A stretch of 63,029 bases of DNA, the filler included, from Octopus bimaculoides (taxonomy: Eukaryota), in NCBI RefSeq assembly GCF_001194135.2. It is 8 parts of 8 records of this genome, joined end to end, with 100 filler letters (N's around TTAATTAATTAA, not from the genome) between each part and the next. Parts side by side here need not be neighbours in the genome. Positions count along the whole stretch, not along the records: positions 1 to 14,647 come from NC_068981.1; 7 more parts are not named here. One strand, given 5' to 3'. Positions 1 to 12,830 of the stretch are shown in pieces. The position numbers were made by a program, and so were the translations under genes. The stretch's first letter is position 1; each line of letters opens with the position of its first letter. Below the pieces are notes generated by a model. That model had not been told where the DNA came from. It did no database searches and saw nothing but the letters and a program-made list of their open reading frames with translations.

Positions 1-34
<34 letters not shown>

Positions 35-165
35 GATATATATACATGCTGCTCCAGTATAGCCGTAGTCAAATGACTGAAACAAGTAAAAGAAAAAGAA
101 AATACATGTAACTAGACACGAGCTATTGGCGATTTCTTTTCATTCCTTGGACTTTTCCGTTCATA

Positions 166-406
166 TCTTATTAAGCTAACTATAATTTAAAGAATAGCAG
201 AGGAAAATAGTTGGGTCAAGATATTGGAGTGGTGAGAACTAGAACATAGTTGACAACTCCCAATGGATTTAATTCTAAATGGTTGTAGATTACATGCTGC
301 ATAAAATCTTCAAACTATAAATTACTATCTCACCACCCCTATATCTTGACCGCTTCTAGTTTCCTCTGCTACTCTCTAGATTATAACAGGATTAATAAGA
401 TATGCA
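166..406. mobile_element. MITE-like element with long imperfect terminal inverted repeats
   Basis: catatcttatta..tataatttaaagaatagcagaggaaaatagttgggtcaagatattggagtggtgag (166-237) is the imperfect reverse complement of ctcaccacccctatatcttgacc..tttcctctgctactctctagattata..taataagatatg (~328-405). Confidence 0.6.
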
Positions 407-747
407 TAATTTTCTAAACTCATTCTGTCACAAATATAACATAAAGAAACAATGTAATTGTTTTGGTTTCTAGTATTGATATAAATTTGTTACAAATGGT
501 TTCTTTCAAATTGATGAAATGTTTTCAGTGACCGATTAAACGGAGCCGCTCGAAACGGCCGTAATGTATTGATACCTGGACATCCTTGTTATTTATATAT
601 ATATGGATGTATGTATGTGTGTATGTGGATATATGTATGTATATATATGTATGTATGTATATATATANNNNNNNNNNNNNNNNNNNNNNNNNNNNNNNNN
701 NNNNNNNNNNNNNNNNNNNNNNNNNNNNNNNNNNNNNNNNNNNNNNN

Positions 748-792
<45 letters not shown>

Positions 793-2324
793 TGTGTACT
801 TGTGTGCATCAAAACCTCTTGAATCGTTGAAAATGAGAAAATATTTAATCTTCATATAAAATAGATCAAAACAGTCTACTGAATCCATGTATTAACAAGA
901 TTCATTTATTCATATTGAATCTATTTTCCCGTTTTAGTAAGTTAGGGATAGAAATTATTACAACCAGGACACGTATAGTAGTAGAGGAACAGTACAGCAG
1001 CATTGATACCACTGACGGAAACTATTTATAGCTATGCTAGAATAGACCACATAACTGTGAAATAACAAGACAGTACAATATTAGACTACAACCGGCTGGT
1101 TCGGAAGCTTCAATACATTTCAGATGTGTCTTCTCCTTGAAAAAATTAATTTATTCTACATAACACATCACATGAATGAGCCATCAGAAATAGCAACGGA
1201 AACTATCTGGAATAATGAAGCATCTTATCTATGGGAAGATATCATTCATCCGTTTAACGCTGCAAAAGTCGAAGTCGGTCATGAAATCTGGGTAAGATTT
1301 TAAAAATATTGCCAGTATTTCACATATATTCATATATTTTTATTATTAAATAATGCAGTAGTGGAAACTGTGCATTCCAAAAATAGTCCGACTGTATTCT
1401 TTCTGTCGATTTTACTTTTGCTGCTTCCTTGCAATGAGAACAATTGGATGAAAAGAAGGATCTTTCTGATTTGCCAGTCAAACCAAAAAGATCCGAAAAG
1501 AATTTGACATTAAACAAAAAGAAATTGTAAATCTTGCTCAAACTGCTTTGAAAGTAGGTATTCCCAAAATATTTTTCTACACAAGCAATTAAATATTTTC
1601 TCAATCGCCTCAAACATTTTACTTACGAACACTGCTTGGCGCTGCTGCTGTTGCTGCTGCTGCTGTTGCTGCTGCTGCTGTTGCTGCTGCTTATGCTGAC
1701 GAAAATGATGTTCAGAGTGTGATAATGATGATAATACGGAGGTTACTAATGATGATGCTAAGATTAAGACTTTGATAATATTCTCTCACTTAAGCTGCAT
1801 ATGTCAGTTTGACAGTAAGTGTAACCCCAGTAAGACTAGTACATAAGATAACACATGAAATATATTAATTCTCTATATAAAACATATGTAGTTTTGCTGT
1901 AAAGTAATTTTTGGGTTAAAACTACAAACTGTAGTCGGGTGAACACTGGCCCAGATAATAATCGTGTTCGTTTTGTCTGACCCATTGAAGCTATATATAG
2001 TTTCAAGTTAAGAATCAAGTTATGTGTATTTTCACAATCAAATGGTTAATTTGCTGCAATGCTATCTTATGTAGTAATCGATTATTTTTTATTGTTAAAC
2101 TTTCACCATTCGTTTGAGAGTCGGTGTTGTGAAAATTAGAATCTTTAAAACCAATATGCCAAGCCTTAAACATTTAGATAAAGATTATATATATATATAT
2201 ATATATGACAGGGGTGTTTATTGCAGGACTCACTGCTTTTCGTCAGGTGAAAGAACGGAGATTTTATGAACATCTTTCTTTCTTTCTCTTTCCCTCCCTC
2301 TCTCTCTGTCTCTGTCTCTCTGTC

Positions 2325-2408
<84 letters not shown>

Positions 2409-3001
2409 TTCAGAATGTGTGACCTCATTTACACTCTGTTTAGTTTATTAGGTGAGGAAGTAAGTTGAAGTTTGGCCTTCAATTTCTGTCTTTATTACAA
2501 TAATTTCTAGATGTCAATGGAGGTTATTTTGATGGGGTGGGCACTTGATGTCGTTTTTATCTCCTCGCAAACAAAACGGTCCTTCTGAATACAAAAAGAA
2601 TCTATCAACTAAGACTGCCGACAAACGTCACACTGAGTGAATAAAGGAATGTAAGAAACAGACGTTCTTTCCGAATAAACAAACAAAACTGTAAGGAAGA
2701 AAGTAAAAAAAATATCCAACACAAAAGCGGCTGGTCGGAGGCGAGGGAAGAGACAAGGCAAAGTGATAAAAGGAAATCTATGAAAAAAACATCCGCAACA
2801 ACACAGGTTAAGAAGTAAATACAGTTGATAGTAGGGCTAGAGGGTTGTAGGAAAGGGTCATGTAAGGTCTGCTGAATAAAAAGTCATGTAGAGTGGATTG
2901 TTGCTGACAAGCTAAATAACTGGCATGCCTTTCATCATAGGCTAAATTCGATCAGACCTGACCTGGGGTTAAACAGCACCTTCCTCCCCCAGATATATAA
3001 A

Positions 3002-3255
3002 CAGTGTCCCCCGCTTATTCGCGGTTTCGGTTATTCGCTGAACTAATAATTGTTCGCGGAAATCACTGCTTATTCGCGGAATCGTAAATATCGTCCGTGA
3101 TTTTTAATGGCTTTTTTCGTGGTAATATATATATATTTTCACACTTTTTAAGGCTAAATTATTAATAACAATATACGGTATTTGTCGATTTACGTTATAT
3201 TTTGACATTTATAGGCATTTTTACGTTAAACCCCGCGAATACCGAGGGACTACTG
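3002..3255. mobile_element. Tigger/pogo-type (Tc1/mariner) MITE
   Basis: Left end cagtgtccccccgcttattcgcgg and right end ccgcgaataccgagggactactg followed by TA match the CAGT..CC.CG..ATTCGCGG TIR style. No coding capacity. Confidence 0.7.
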
Positions 3256-3885
3256 TANNNNNNNNNNNNNNNNNNNNNNNNNNNNNNNNNNNNNNNNNNN
3301 NNNNNNNNNNNNNNNNNNNNNNNNNNNNNNNNNNNNNNNNNNNNNNNNNNNNNNNNNNNNNNNNNNNNNNNNNNNNNNNNNNNNNNNNNNNNNNNNNNNN
3401 NNNNNNNNNNNNNNNNNNNNNNNNNNNNNNNNNNNNNNNNNNNNNNNNNNNNNNNNNNNNNNNNNNNNNNNNNNNNNNNNNNNNNNNNNNNNNNNNNNNN
3501 NNNNNNNNNNNNNNNNNNNNNNNNNNNNNNNNNNNNNNNNNNNNNNNNNNNNNNNNNNNNNNNNNNNNNNNNNNNNNNNNNNNNNNNNNNNNNNNNNNNN
3601 NNNNNNNNNNNNNNNNNNNNNNNNNNNNNNNNNNNNNNNNNNNNNNNNNNNNNNNNNNNNNNNNNNNNNNNNNNNNNNNNNNNNNNNNNNNNNNNNNNNN
3701 NNNNNNNNNNNNNNNNNNNNNNNNNNNNNNNNNNNNNNNNNNNNNNNNNNNNNNNNNNNNNNNNNNNNNNNNNNNNNNNNNNNNNNNNNNNNNNNNNNNN
3801 NNNNNNNNNNNNNNNNNNNNNNNNNNNNNNNNNNNNNNNNNNNNNNNNNNNNNNNNNNNNNNNNNNNNNNNNNNNNNNNNNNNNN

Positions 3886-3930
<45 letters not shown>

Positions 3931-4689
3931 CATACATATATATATATATGTAAAAACACACACATGCATAACATATGTGTATGCATGTGTGTATACATAC
4001 ACACATACGCACACACACACATGCATGTATACAGTGACAACAGAAATGAGTAAGAGGGAAAGTGAGAAGGTTAGAGCAGAGAGGAGTTCAGTTTAAATAT
4101 GTTATTCACGTGTTTTGGTTGTAAATAAAACTTGGTAAAGTAAATCAGCCCACGTTCGAAAGTAAGCCTGCTCTTTATGAAAGTCACCGCAACTATGGAC
4201 TAACAACAGCTACAAAACAACAGCCAGCGTGGGAGTATCTACGCGTTTGGTCTCACTTGTAGAAACACCTGCCAAATATTCCTCAAATTGAACTCTACCG
4301 TCTTAAAAAGGGATATACGGGATAATGTTTTCCGGTATAGAGGGGTGGTCGTACCTTGAATGGCTTACTGTATGATGGTAATTCGAAAGGTTATAAACAT
4401 TTAACTTGTTCCCAACCTCTGAAGTTGTATAAATTCTCAACTAATAGATCAACTTCGCCTTCAATCTTCTGGAGCTAATAAAATAAAGAAACAAGGTCGA
4501 TACAAGCAACTATGCCTTTTCCCAAATTCTTAAAAATTTATAGATAAATAAGAATAAAGAAAGAATAACTATGCGGATAATCGTTTAAATTATCATTTTA
4601 CATATTTTAGCACATCCTCACCATCCTCCTCCTCCTCACCCTCACCCTCCTCCTCCTCCTCCTCCTCCTCCTCCTCATCATCATCATTA

Positions 4690-5280
4690 TTTTAACTCAG
4701 GTACCATGCTATCTATTCTTTTCAAGTATCTAATACTTTCCTGATTATTTTGGCTGGACCAAAGAGGCAAACCTATTGTAACAGCTCTACTGAGCACTCT
4801 AATTCGTTTTCTTTTATATTCCTCTTGATGCCTTCTGATACTTGCCCCAAGGATCCAACATTAACTGACACTATCTCCGCCTTCATTTCGTACATAAGAG
4901 AATTATATATGTCTAGTTTTTCGCTTTCCTTCTCGTCTCTTCGTGGGTCGAAGGGACTCGCAACATCTATTATATAGCACTTGTCGTACACCTTGTCTAC
5001 CACCATTAGGTCCAGCTTGTTATGCTCTAGTACAAGCTGCAAAAACCCGTCCGAGATTTCTATAGGGGGCTGTTTGAGTGTATGAGCGACAATGGCATAG
5101 GATTGACTCTGGGCATCGACGAGAACAGTCTGAGTGGTCTCTTCTGGAGGACTCTCGTGTCGAAGATCATGGACAATTTCCAAAAGTCTTTGGCATAGCA
5201 ATGCTACAGTGGGGTATTGCCTGTTTGAGACAAGCTCTTCTAGCATGGAACTGTCAACAGTCGAACCTGCTCGAGATGTA
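4690..5280 (-). mobile_element. 5'-truncated R4-like non-LTR retrotransposon, restriction-like endonuclease end
   Basis: ORF 4773-5291 contains HNKLDLMVVDK..CYIIDVASPFD..KESEKLDIY..VGSLG (PD..D-type RLE motif), continuing past a stop as CLFGPAKIIRKVL. AAT/GAT-rich tail follows. Confidence 0.8.
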
Positions 5281-5830
5281 TGGAGGGGCACGAAACCGTC
5301 CTGTATGGAGTCGTTTCGTGTCCATGCATTAGAGTTTCGTGGGCTTGTGCTGAGCAGTTGTTGCTTTGTGTAAGACGAATCCAGCTGTCCGCCGAGCGTA
5401 TATTGAAAATCGACGTGCCACCTTCCTTTAGCAGAGATGAAAGACAGATCTTTCTCTTCTTAGTGGCAAAAGATGCTGTGTGGTGCACTTGTTTGAAAAG
5501 TTTGAAGACAGGCACTTTCCTGTCTGGTCAAGCTCTCATCAGTTTCTTCAAATATAGTTTAAGGAGGAAGGTGAGGGTAGATAGGAATGTGTTGCTTGCT
5601 AGTGTATTTATCAGAAGGTGAATGAGAGTGGAAAGACTGGTGAGATTGAATGGATCTACTCTTAGTATGCTTTTTCAAAGTAGGTGGAAAGAAACTGGAA
5701 GAGGGTACTTCCCATGCCTTGGGGGTGGCAGAGTAATCCGGGCCTTTTGTATAGGGTTTTATCAGAATTACCCCAAGTGGACTACCCCGCTCTTGAAGAT
5801 TCTATTAATTAAATATTTCTCTACCTTTTA
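5280..5830 (+). mobile_element. 3' fragment of Tx1/L1-like LINE ORF2 (post zinc-knuckle region)
   Basis: ETVLYGVVSCPCIRVSWACAEQLL...LVAKDAVW aligns with the clearer copy at 35340-35480 (CPRCAQSDETVLHALVQC..LWVYVEHLL). Confidence 0.6.
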
Positions 5831-6003
5831 TTTATATATCCTTTGTTAAATTCTTTAATATTGCTGTCTCCCTCTGACAGATTAAACCCCACCTATTTTT
5901 GTGTGCTGTATCTCGTCCTTTGATATTGTCCTCTAGGTCTCGGGACTTTGTGACCAATAAAAAAAATTGTCATCATCATCATCATCAATATTATTATTAT
6001 TTT

Positions 6004-6516
6004 CATATACCTTCAACAGATTAGACTGTTGGGAAAGAAAAGAATTCTAACATCGGGCTACAACAGGTAACCTTAGATGCCAAGAACCCTCCTAAGTATC
6101 CTAGCTGTCCCAAATAAGACTGTTTCTGCAGCTGTACTAACCTGGGTTTTATGCCTATTTCCTCTATCCATCTGTTCAGATCTTTAGGGATATTTCCCAA
6201 TGCACCTATAACTGCTGGGATACATTTTACCCGCACTTTCCATAGTCTCTATAATTCAGTAGCTAGGTCCTGGTACTTTGCTATACCTTTCAAAGTAGGG
6301 TTTTCATCGTTTGGGACTGTAGAGTCAGTTATCTGGCACTTTCTATTCTCTTTATCTACTATTATCAAACCAGGCCTTTTAACTTCTATTACTCTGTCAG
6401 TCTGAATGTTGAAGACCCATATCTTGTATTTCTTACTTTCTAGTACTTTACTGGGTTCATGTTCATACCGTTTATCAGTATGTTCAAATACTAGCTTTCT
6501 ACATAGCTCCCAGTGG
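6004..6516 (-). mobile_element. 5'-truncated R4/Dong-like non-LTR retrotransposon
   Basis: Manual translation IHWELCRKL..EHEPSKVLE..NIQTDRVIEVKRPGLIIVDKENRKCQITD..VP..KYQDLATEL*RLWKVRVKCIPAVIGALGNIPKDL is a typical R4-clade C-terminus. Flanked by ATT repeats on both sides. Confidence 0.85.
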
Positions 6517-6628
<112 letters not shown>

Positions 6629-6629
6629 T

Positions 6630-6850
6630 AAAGGTGACGAGCTGGTAAAATGATTAGCGCGCCGAACAAACTATTTAGCTGAATTTTTCTGGTCCATCTT
6701 TACATTCTGAGTTCAAATTCCACCGAGGCCGAATTTACCTTTCATCCTTTCGGGTTCCATAAAATAAGTACCAACTGGGCACTGAGGTCGATGTAATCAC
6801 TTACCCTCGCAACTAAAATTGCTGGTCTTGTGCCGAAATTTGAATCCATT
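6630..6850 (+). mobile_element. tRNA-derived SINE, family A
   Basis: A-box-like gagctgg head, B-box gagttcaaattcc and body cctttcatcctttcggg..aagtacca, repeated many times in the window. Confidence 0.75.
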
Positions 6851-6932
6851 ATCGTTGTCGTTGTTATATAAATATATATGCAAATTATTGGTATTAATAT
6901 TGCAATTATTGTTTATAATTACTTTCCTTTAG

Positions 6933-7165
6933 GTAAGACCTCGTCTGCACAGTCGAAAACATCGCTACCAGTCTTTAACTCTGATTTCAGTAGTAGGATG
7001 AATTTCCGGTCACGCCGAAAAAGGGACGCGCAGACAACTTGGAAGCAGCCATTACCACCTTTGGCAGATCGTACAGTGGAAACACTTGTTGTTGTCGATA
7101 AAGTGATGTACAAAAAACACGGCGAAGATTACATTACCACATATACTTTGACTCTGTTTAATATG
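6933..7165 (+). CDS. Internal exon of an ADAMTS metalloprotease (ADAMTS16/18-like): end of prodomain, furin site, start of reprolysin domain
   Basis: Translation ..NFRSRRKRDA..DRTVETLVVVDKVMYKKHGEDYITTYTLTLFNM contains the furin motif and the ADAMTS VETLVVVD..M...HG....TTY.LT..NM motif. Donor ATG|gtaagt at 7165/7166. Acceptor ctttag at 6932 is inferred. Confidence 0.88.
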
Positions 7166-7656
7166 GTAAGTAGAATCTCTTTCTATTTCGTTTAGGTGGT
7201 GAGGTGGCAGAACCGTTGTGTCAAATAAAGTGTCTCAGCAAGGACAATTTGTTCTGGCTTTTTACGTTCCGATTTCCAATACATCCGATGTCAACTTAAC
7301 TTTTCATACCTGCAGCCTCGATAAAATAGATACGTAACAAGTATGGGGCTGATGACATCAACTAACACTCTCTTCTCAAAATTGCTGGCTTCATGCATAA
7401 AGAGTGTAGGACAAAACACCCCAGGAGAGAATCCCCTGAGATAAAGTGCGAATCAGAACACAAAAAGAAAACCTCATTTATAATTTTTATGTTTTTGACC
7501 TTTAACACCATTTAATACCATTAAAATTAGAAGAAGTATAATGTAAGTAATTTATTTCCGAAGTAGTCATGAAAAATATTATATTTCTTTGTGTTGGTTC
7601 ACTCCACAAGATTTGTTTTATCTACCTGGGTACCGTAATTCCCCATGTAAACATAT

Positions 7657-8340
7657 CATCGTCATCATCATCACCATCATCGTCGTCGTCGTCGTCGTCA
7701 TCATCATCATCACTTAAAGTCCGTTGTCCATGCTGGCATGGGTTGAACGGAAGATTGCACCAGACTCCAGTCTAATTCAGCATGGTTTCTACGGCTGAAT
7801 GCCCTTCCGAACGCCATCTACTCCGAGAGTATAATGGGTGCCACCGACACGGGTGCCATTTGCGTGACACTGGTATCTGCCACGACTGCAATTTTGCTCG
7901 CCTTGATGGGTCGTCTTCTCAAGCACGACATGATGCCAAAGGAACTTGCCTCCGTGAGGCCCAACTCTCGAAATGCATTCTCTACGCGTTACTGGCACGG
8001 GTGCCAGTTACATGACACCAGCATCAGTCACAACTACGATTTCTCTTGGCATGACGAGTCTTCTCAAGCACAGCATATCAACAAAGGTCTCGGTCGCTAG
8101 TTATTGCTTTGTGAGGCTCAAAGCTAGAAGATTATGCTTCACCGCCTCGCCCCATGTCTTCTTGGGTCTACCTCTACCACAGGTTCCAACCACAGTTAGA
8201 GATCGACACTTCATTACACAGCTGTCCTCGTCCATACGCATCACATGATCGTACCAGCGCAGTCGTCTTTCTTGCACCACATATCTTCTTTAAAGATCTA
8301 ATTGTGCAACGGAAGGCCAATAATGCCACCAACTGCTAAG
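7657..8340 (-). mobile_element. 3' end of RTE-clade LINE with (GAT)n tail
   Basis: Minus translation VQERRLRWYDHVMRMDEDSCVMKC..RGRPKKTW. The 3' UTR has an internal ~150-bp duplication and ends in GAT/GAC repeats. Confidence 0.8.
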
Positions 8341-8594
8341 GAAAGAATGCAGGCAGGTAGGGATAAAGAAAAATACAGACCTGCTTCCGTGTATGATCCA
8401 CTTTGAATATTCAAGGGTCAAACTATTCAAGGGATTTTTGTCCTATTTCGCACTTTATCTTAGGGGTTTTGTCCTAGGAGTTTTTGTCCGAGGGGTGTTT
8501 TGTCTTGGAGAGTGGAGGGTTGTCAGGACCTCATGCATAAATTATAAGCCAGTTTATCTACGGCCTCATATAATCCCTTTGTATCAAACATCTT

Positions 8595-8870
8595 TTATCT
8601 TTTACTTGTTTCAGTCAGTAGATTGTGGCCATGCTACATTACTGCTTTCAAGAATTTTATTCGAACGAATCGACTCCTGTACATATATTTTAAGCATGGT
8701 ACTTATTTTATCGGTCTCTTTTACTGAACCGCCATGTTACGAGGAAGTAAACGCACCAGCATCGGTTGTCAACCGGTGTTGGGAGACAAACACAGACACA
8801 AAGACACACATACACAGGCGCACGCACGCACGCACGCACACGCGCACACCCACCTACGCGCGCACCCATT
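8595..8870 (-). mobile_element. SINE family B, 3' half with microsatellite
   Basis: Matches ttttacttgtttcagtca..gccatgct..ttattttatcggtctctttt..aaccg seen in other copies. Ends in CA/CGCA repeats. Confidence 0.7.
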
Positions 8871-9415
8871 AGATAAATAGGATTCCTATAAAAACTAGTA
8901 GAATGCTATGGAAAGCTCTCCCACGGTTATTGACTACTTGCTGTTATTGTCTTGTTACTGGATATGCCCTCTTTTATGCATGAAGAATTCTATAGTATCC
9001 GTAAAGTTTATATAAATAGATAACTGATAGAAAATGGAATGAACGAAGTTCTTCATTTAAAAACCACTACAATTGTTTCGACACGTTTTTATACCTGTAT
9101 CACATTGGTGAAACTTTGTGTAATCATTATCATATATCCAAGGTGTAACATGCATCTACTCAGGAGATTATTTAAGAAAGTCTTTCGTTAGATCCCCCTT
9201 TCATTTCACTCTGTGTGCAAATGCATACCCAAAATGATGTGTCTTTTTGATATATGTGTAAAATTGTATCGAAACTATGTAATTGAGACAGAGATAAAGA
9301 AACATTGATCATAGAATAAACATCAAATTCGAGTCAACGACTTTATACATAACACTATACTTCCAAACATATATAAATCATATATAAATATTACCATGGT
9401 TCTTATACATATAAA

Positions 9416-9449
<34 letters not shown>

Positions 9450-10752
9450 NNNNNNNNNNNNNNNNNNNNNNNNNNNNNNNNNNNNNNNNNNNNNNNNNNN
9501 NNNNNNNNNNNNNNNATATATACAAAAAAAAACACAGAAGGTAAAAATATAGATGCCAATAAAAATACAAATATATAGAACGGCCTATCAAAAAGGTAAA
9601 TACAATCGACTAAAAATTCTAAAGTCGGTCAGGTTGTTATATATATGATCGAGTCTCTTGTCGTGAACGACATATGAAGCTTCAGTAAAATAAAGCGTTA
9701 ATCATGTTCTATGGACACGAAAGTGTCTCTTGAGGCCTTCTGGCGCCTAGCAAACCTTTTGGCAAATGGAAAAAGTTGTGGACTCAGTTTGCTTGAGTGC
9801 TTGTTGGTTATCTGGGCGGAGTCGGAGGAGCTCATGACCACATCAAACTCATTGATCCTAGACTCCTTATACCAAGGGTCACTCTGGAACGCAATAAGAG
9901 TCCTCCTAGGCAAATTAATGATATTAAATTCATCAGTTGCAATATGCAAAAGCTTTCTAGTCAAAATCAGGATCTTATTGAGTAATATGGAAGAAACTGA
10001 CGGGCTATAGATTCTCTATCCCGAAGTGAACTGTAAGAACGAGGTATTGTTTTTACTGCGGAATTGTTCAATATATATGTGTGCGTGTGTGTATATACAT
10101 ATATATGCACATAGGCGCGCACACGTATATACACAGATACTAACACATGCACATATACAAGTGTGCATGTCACTCTGTCTGTATCTGTCTATGTATTTCT
10201 TGTATGATGTAGTTGTAAAATTATGCGATCATATCTTAAACGAAAGATACTTTGAAAATATTCTTCTCGCGTGCAAAGAGCAATGGATGAACATAAAAAA
10301 GTTTTCTTACACGATGACTTCATGCATTGTTTTGAACAATGAATGTTGTTGAAGTTAATTCCCATGCCTGTCTCCTTTCGCGATAAACTTCTTTTCAACA
10401 CTCATCCTCTCTCCCGTTCCTTAACCTTTTAAGTACAATCTTGGTGATAGTTTCATCGACTCTACTCATACCCTTCACTAAGCCCAAGCTACTCTTCCTA
10501 CAACTCTTCCACTCCTATCCATCTCCTATTTCTTTCACCCGCAGAAAATAACGATAAATACAAAGTAAATAGAGCAGATCCTTTAGAAACCCTCAATTAA
10601 AATTTCTTACGCTTAGCAGAACTGAATGGCTGAGCGGATAAAGTAACGTATAGTACCAGCTAAAAGGATTTGTGCCCTAATCCGTTGAAGGCGCTTCGCT
10701 AAGTTCTGGGACTTCAAACATAATTTTACATAGTTCTCACTTCATCCAAAAC

Positions 10753-11024
10753 CACTGTTTCCCAACCTATTTTCTCCCCGGTCCTACTATAACTTCCCAG
10801 CCTCACCAGTGATTGGAACAAAACAACTTTATTTTATCACAGTTATTTTATACCAAAGAATCTACCGGTAACTCCTTTAAGTACTGAATAAAAAAAGTAC
10901 ATTATTGACTAAAGAAAGAAAAGTGAATGATTTTAATGAGAACCCCGTGCTTGGCGACTACGACATAACTAAAATTTTCTCAAGCCCCACGGGTGGGGCG
11001 TATGCCCCATGTCGGAAATCACTG
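10753..11024. mobile_element. Possible hAT-type MITE
   Basis: Ends cactgtttcccaac / gtcggaaatcactg resemble CAGTG.TTCCCAAC TIRs. No clean TSD. Confidence 0.35.
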
Positions 11025-11473
11025 ACATAAATAACAGCGTATGAGTATCGGGTTGGAAAGTCCTTCTTGAGAGAAAAAGTCGAAGTCTGTGTTCAACCTT
11101 TTCTATCCAAGAAGGTTCGCCAACTTCGAACTTACATGCTATCATTTATAGCTTTATGAGATGTACTTGGAGATCCAATAATCCAAAACGAATTATTTCA
11201 CGTTGTCTCGAAAGTTTATAAAATTCTTATAACGATACTACATCTAGAAATGTTGCATGCGATAGATCGTTGTCCTTTTTCAGAGTCAGACTTATTTCCC
11301 GTCAATTTAATGATCATGAAGCTGGCGCTAAACAACTGGGGTTCTGCTCTAGATGAGAAACACAATAATTACAAGGCAGTTCAACACCTTGCTGAATTGA
11401 TTAGAGTGTCATTAACTGCACCCACCAGTTCAATAGATGGCACTCTGAGCTACTTATAGTATTTTGACACCTT

Positions 11474-11506
<33 letters not shown>

Positions 11507-11558
11507 CTGTGTGTGTGTCTGTGTGTCTGTGTGTGTGTATGTGCGTGTGTATGTGTCT

Positions 11559-11611
<53 letters not shown>

Positions 11612-11679
11612 ACTTTATGAACGCGAGTATGTCATTGCTTTTTCATGATAATAATTCCTATTGGGTAAAAAAAAGAATG

Positions 11680-12830
11680 GGGACCAGTTATTTGACGTGG
11701 AAATAGGGAGCTATGACGGTGCCGAGATAGGCCTCTATATTTTAGATATCCTTAGAAAAGAAATAAAAGAAGCTAGCATAGGTTAATATAAGAAGTTTTT
11801 ATAAAAGAAGCTAACATAGAACGATGGCGTGGGAGTGGTACACAATAAAAACAGATATTATATGGATAGAATTAAGAAAAAATTATGCAAAATATTTAGC
11901 CAATTATATCTAAGACCTACAATTAGTACCAACTTTAAAGAAATCAACATCTTAGATATTAACATGAACCTTAGCACAAGCAAATTAAAACCCTACTAGA
12001 AACTAAATGAGGAAGCCTCGTGTATAGACATAGGCTCCAACCACCTACAGCAGTCATTAAACAACTAGGTAACAACATTAGCAGGTGTGTTTCCAATTTA
12101 TCCGCCGATAGAGACACGTTTGTAAAAGACGCCCCATAATATAGAAAGTTCCAACTTCAAGAAAACCATAAACAACATTGAACCAAATACAAATAGACCA
12201 AGACAGCGGAAAATATTATAGTTTAACCAACTTTATAGCATGAATGTTACCACTTACATAGCTAGGAAATTATTAGAATTAATCCTTCCCCACCCCACAT
12301 TCACAAAAATACCACAAACCTTTCAACAGAAACACTGTTAAAGTTAGCTATAGTTGCCTCTCCAATATAGGTCTATTATACTCAATCGCGAATAAAAGTA
12401 AATATAGTAGAGACACCCCCGAAAGACGATGCAACTTCAGATTTCCAAACCGTTTTCCTCTAACAACAACTGTCTCGAAAAAGAACTTGTATACAAGGCC
12501 AAGATCACAGAGCTCAACGGAGGATCAAAGACCTATATTGGAACGACGGGCAACTCGTTCAAGAAAAGGTACATGCAAAACCTGGCGTCATTCAGTGATA
12601 AAAAAAAAAAAAACACGCAACATTACTGTCCAATATTATGTGGACATTGAAAGAAAGGAGAATAAGTAAACCCCAGATAAAATGGAACATCATTACTAAA
12701 ACTAAAACATACAGAGGAAGAAATATTAGATGTGAACTCTGTATTACTGAAAACTAAGCATCATACAGTAAACAGAAAACAGGCTAAATATTAGGAAAGA
12801 AATCTTTTTCTGCATACACAAGCAATTTCT
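11680..12830 (+). mobile_element. Degenerate Penelope-like element (RT C-terminal part plus GIY-YIG endonuclease)
   Basis: FDV..GSYDGAE motif at ~11690; INILDINMNL, SNH, NTVKVSYSC motifs with stops and frameshifts; ELVYKAKI..KTYIGTTGNSFKKRY (GIY-YIG) in ORF 12429-12650. Confidence 0.85.

Noticed and set aside
525-888. ORFs of YI/CV/HT/ER/LS repeats here and throughout the ORF track, including all poly-X ORFs
   Set aside because: Translations of dinucleotide microsatellites and N gaps, not genes.
1173-1296. Short open frame ending at TGG|gtaaga as a possible upstream ADAMTS exon
   Set aside because: Phase 0 does not match the inferred phase-1 acceptor at 6933 and there is no ADAMTS prodomain similarity.
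11281-11370. Frame reading ..NDHEAGAKQLGFCSR* resembling ADAMTS HHAD..SFC
   Set aside because: Similarity is superficial, the frame is closed by stops and there is no donor.
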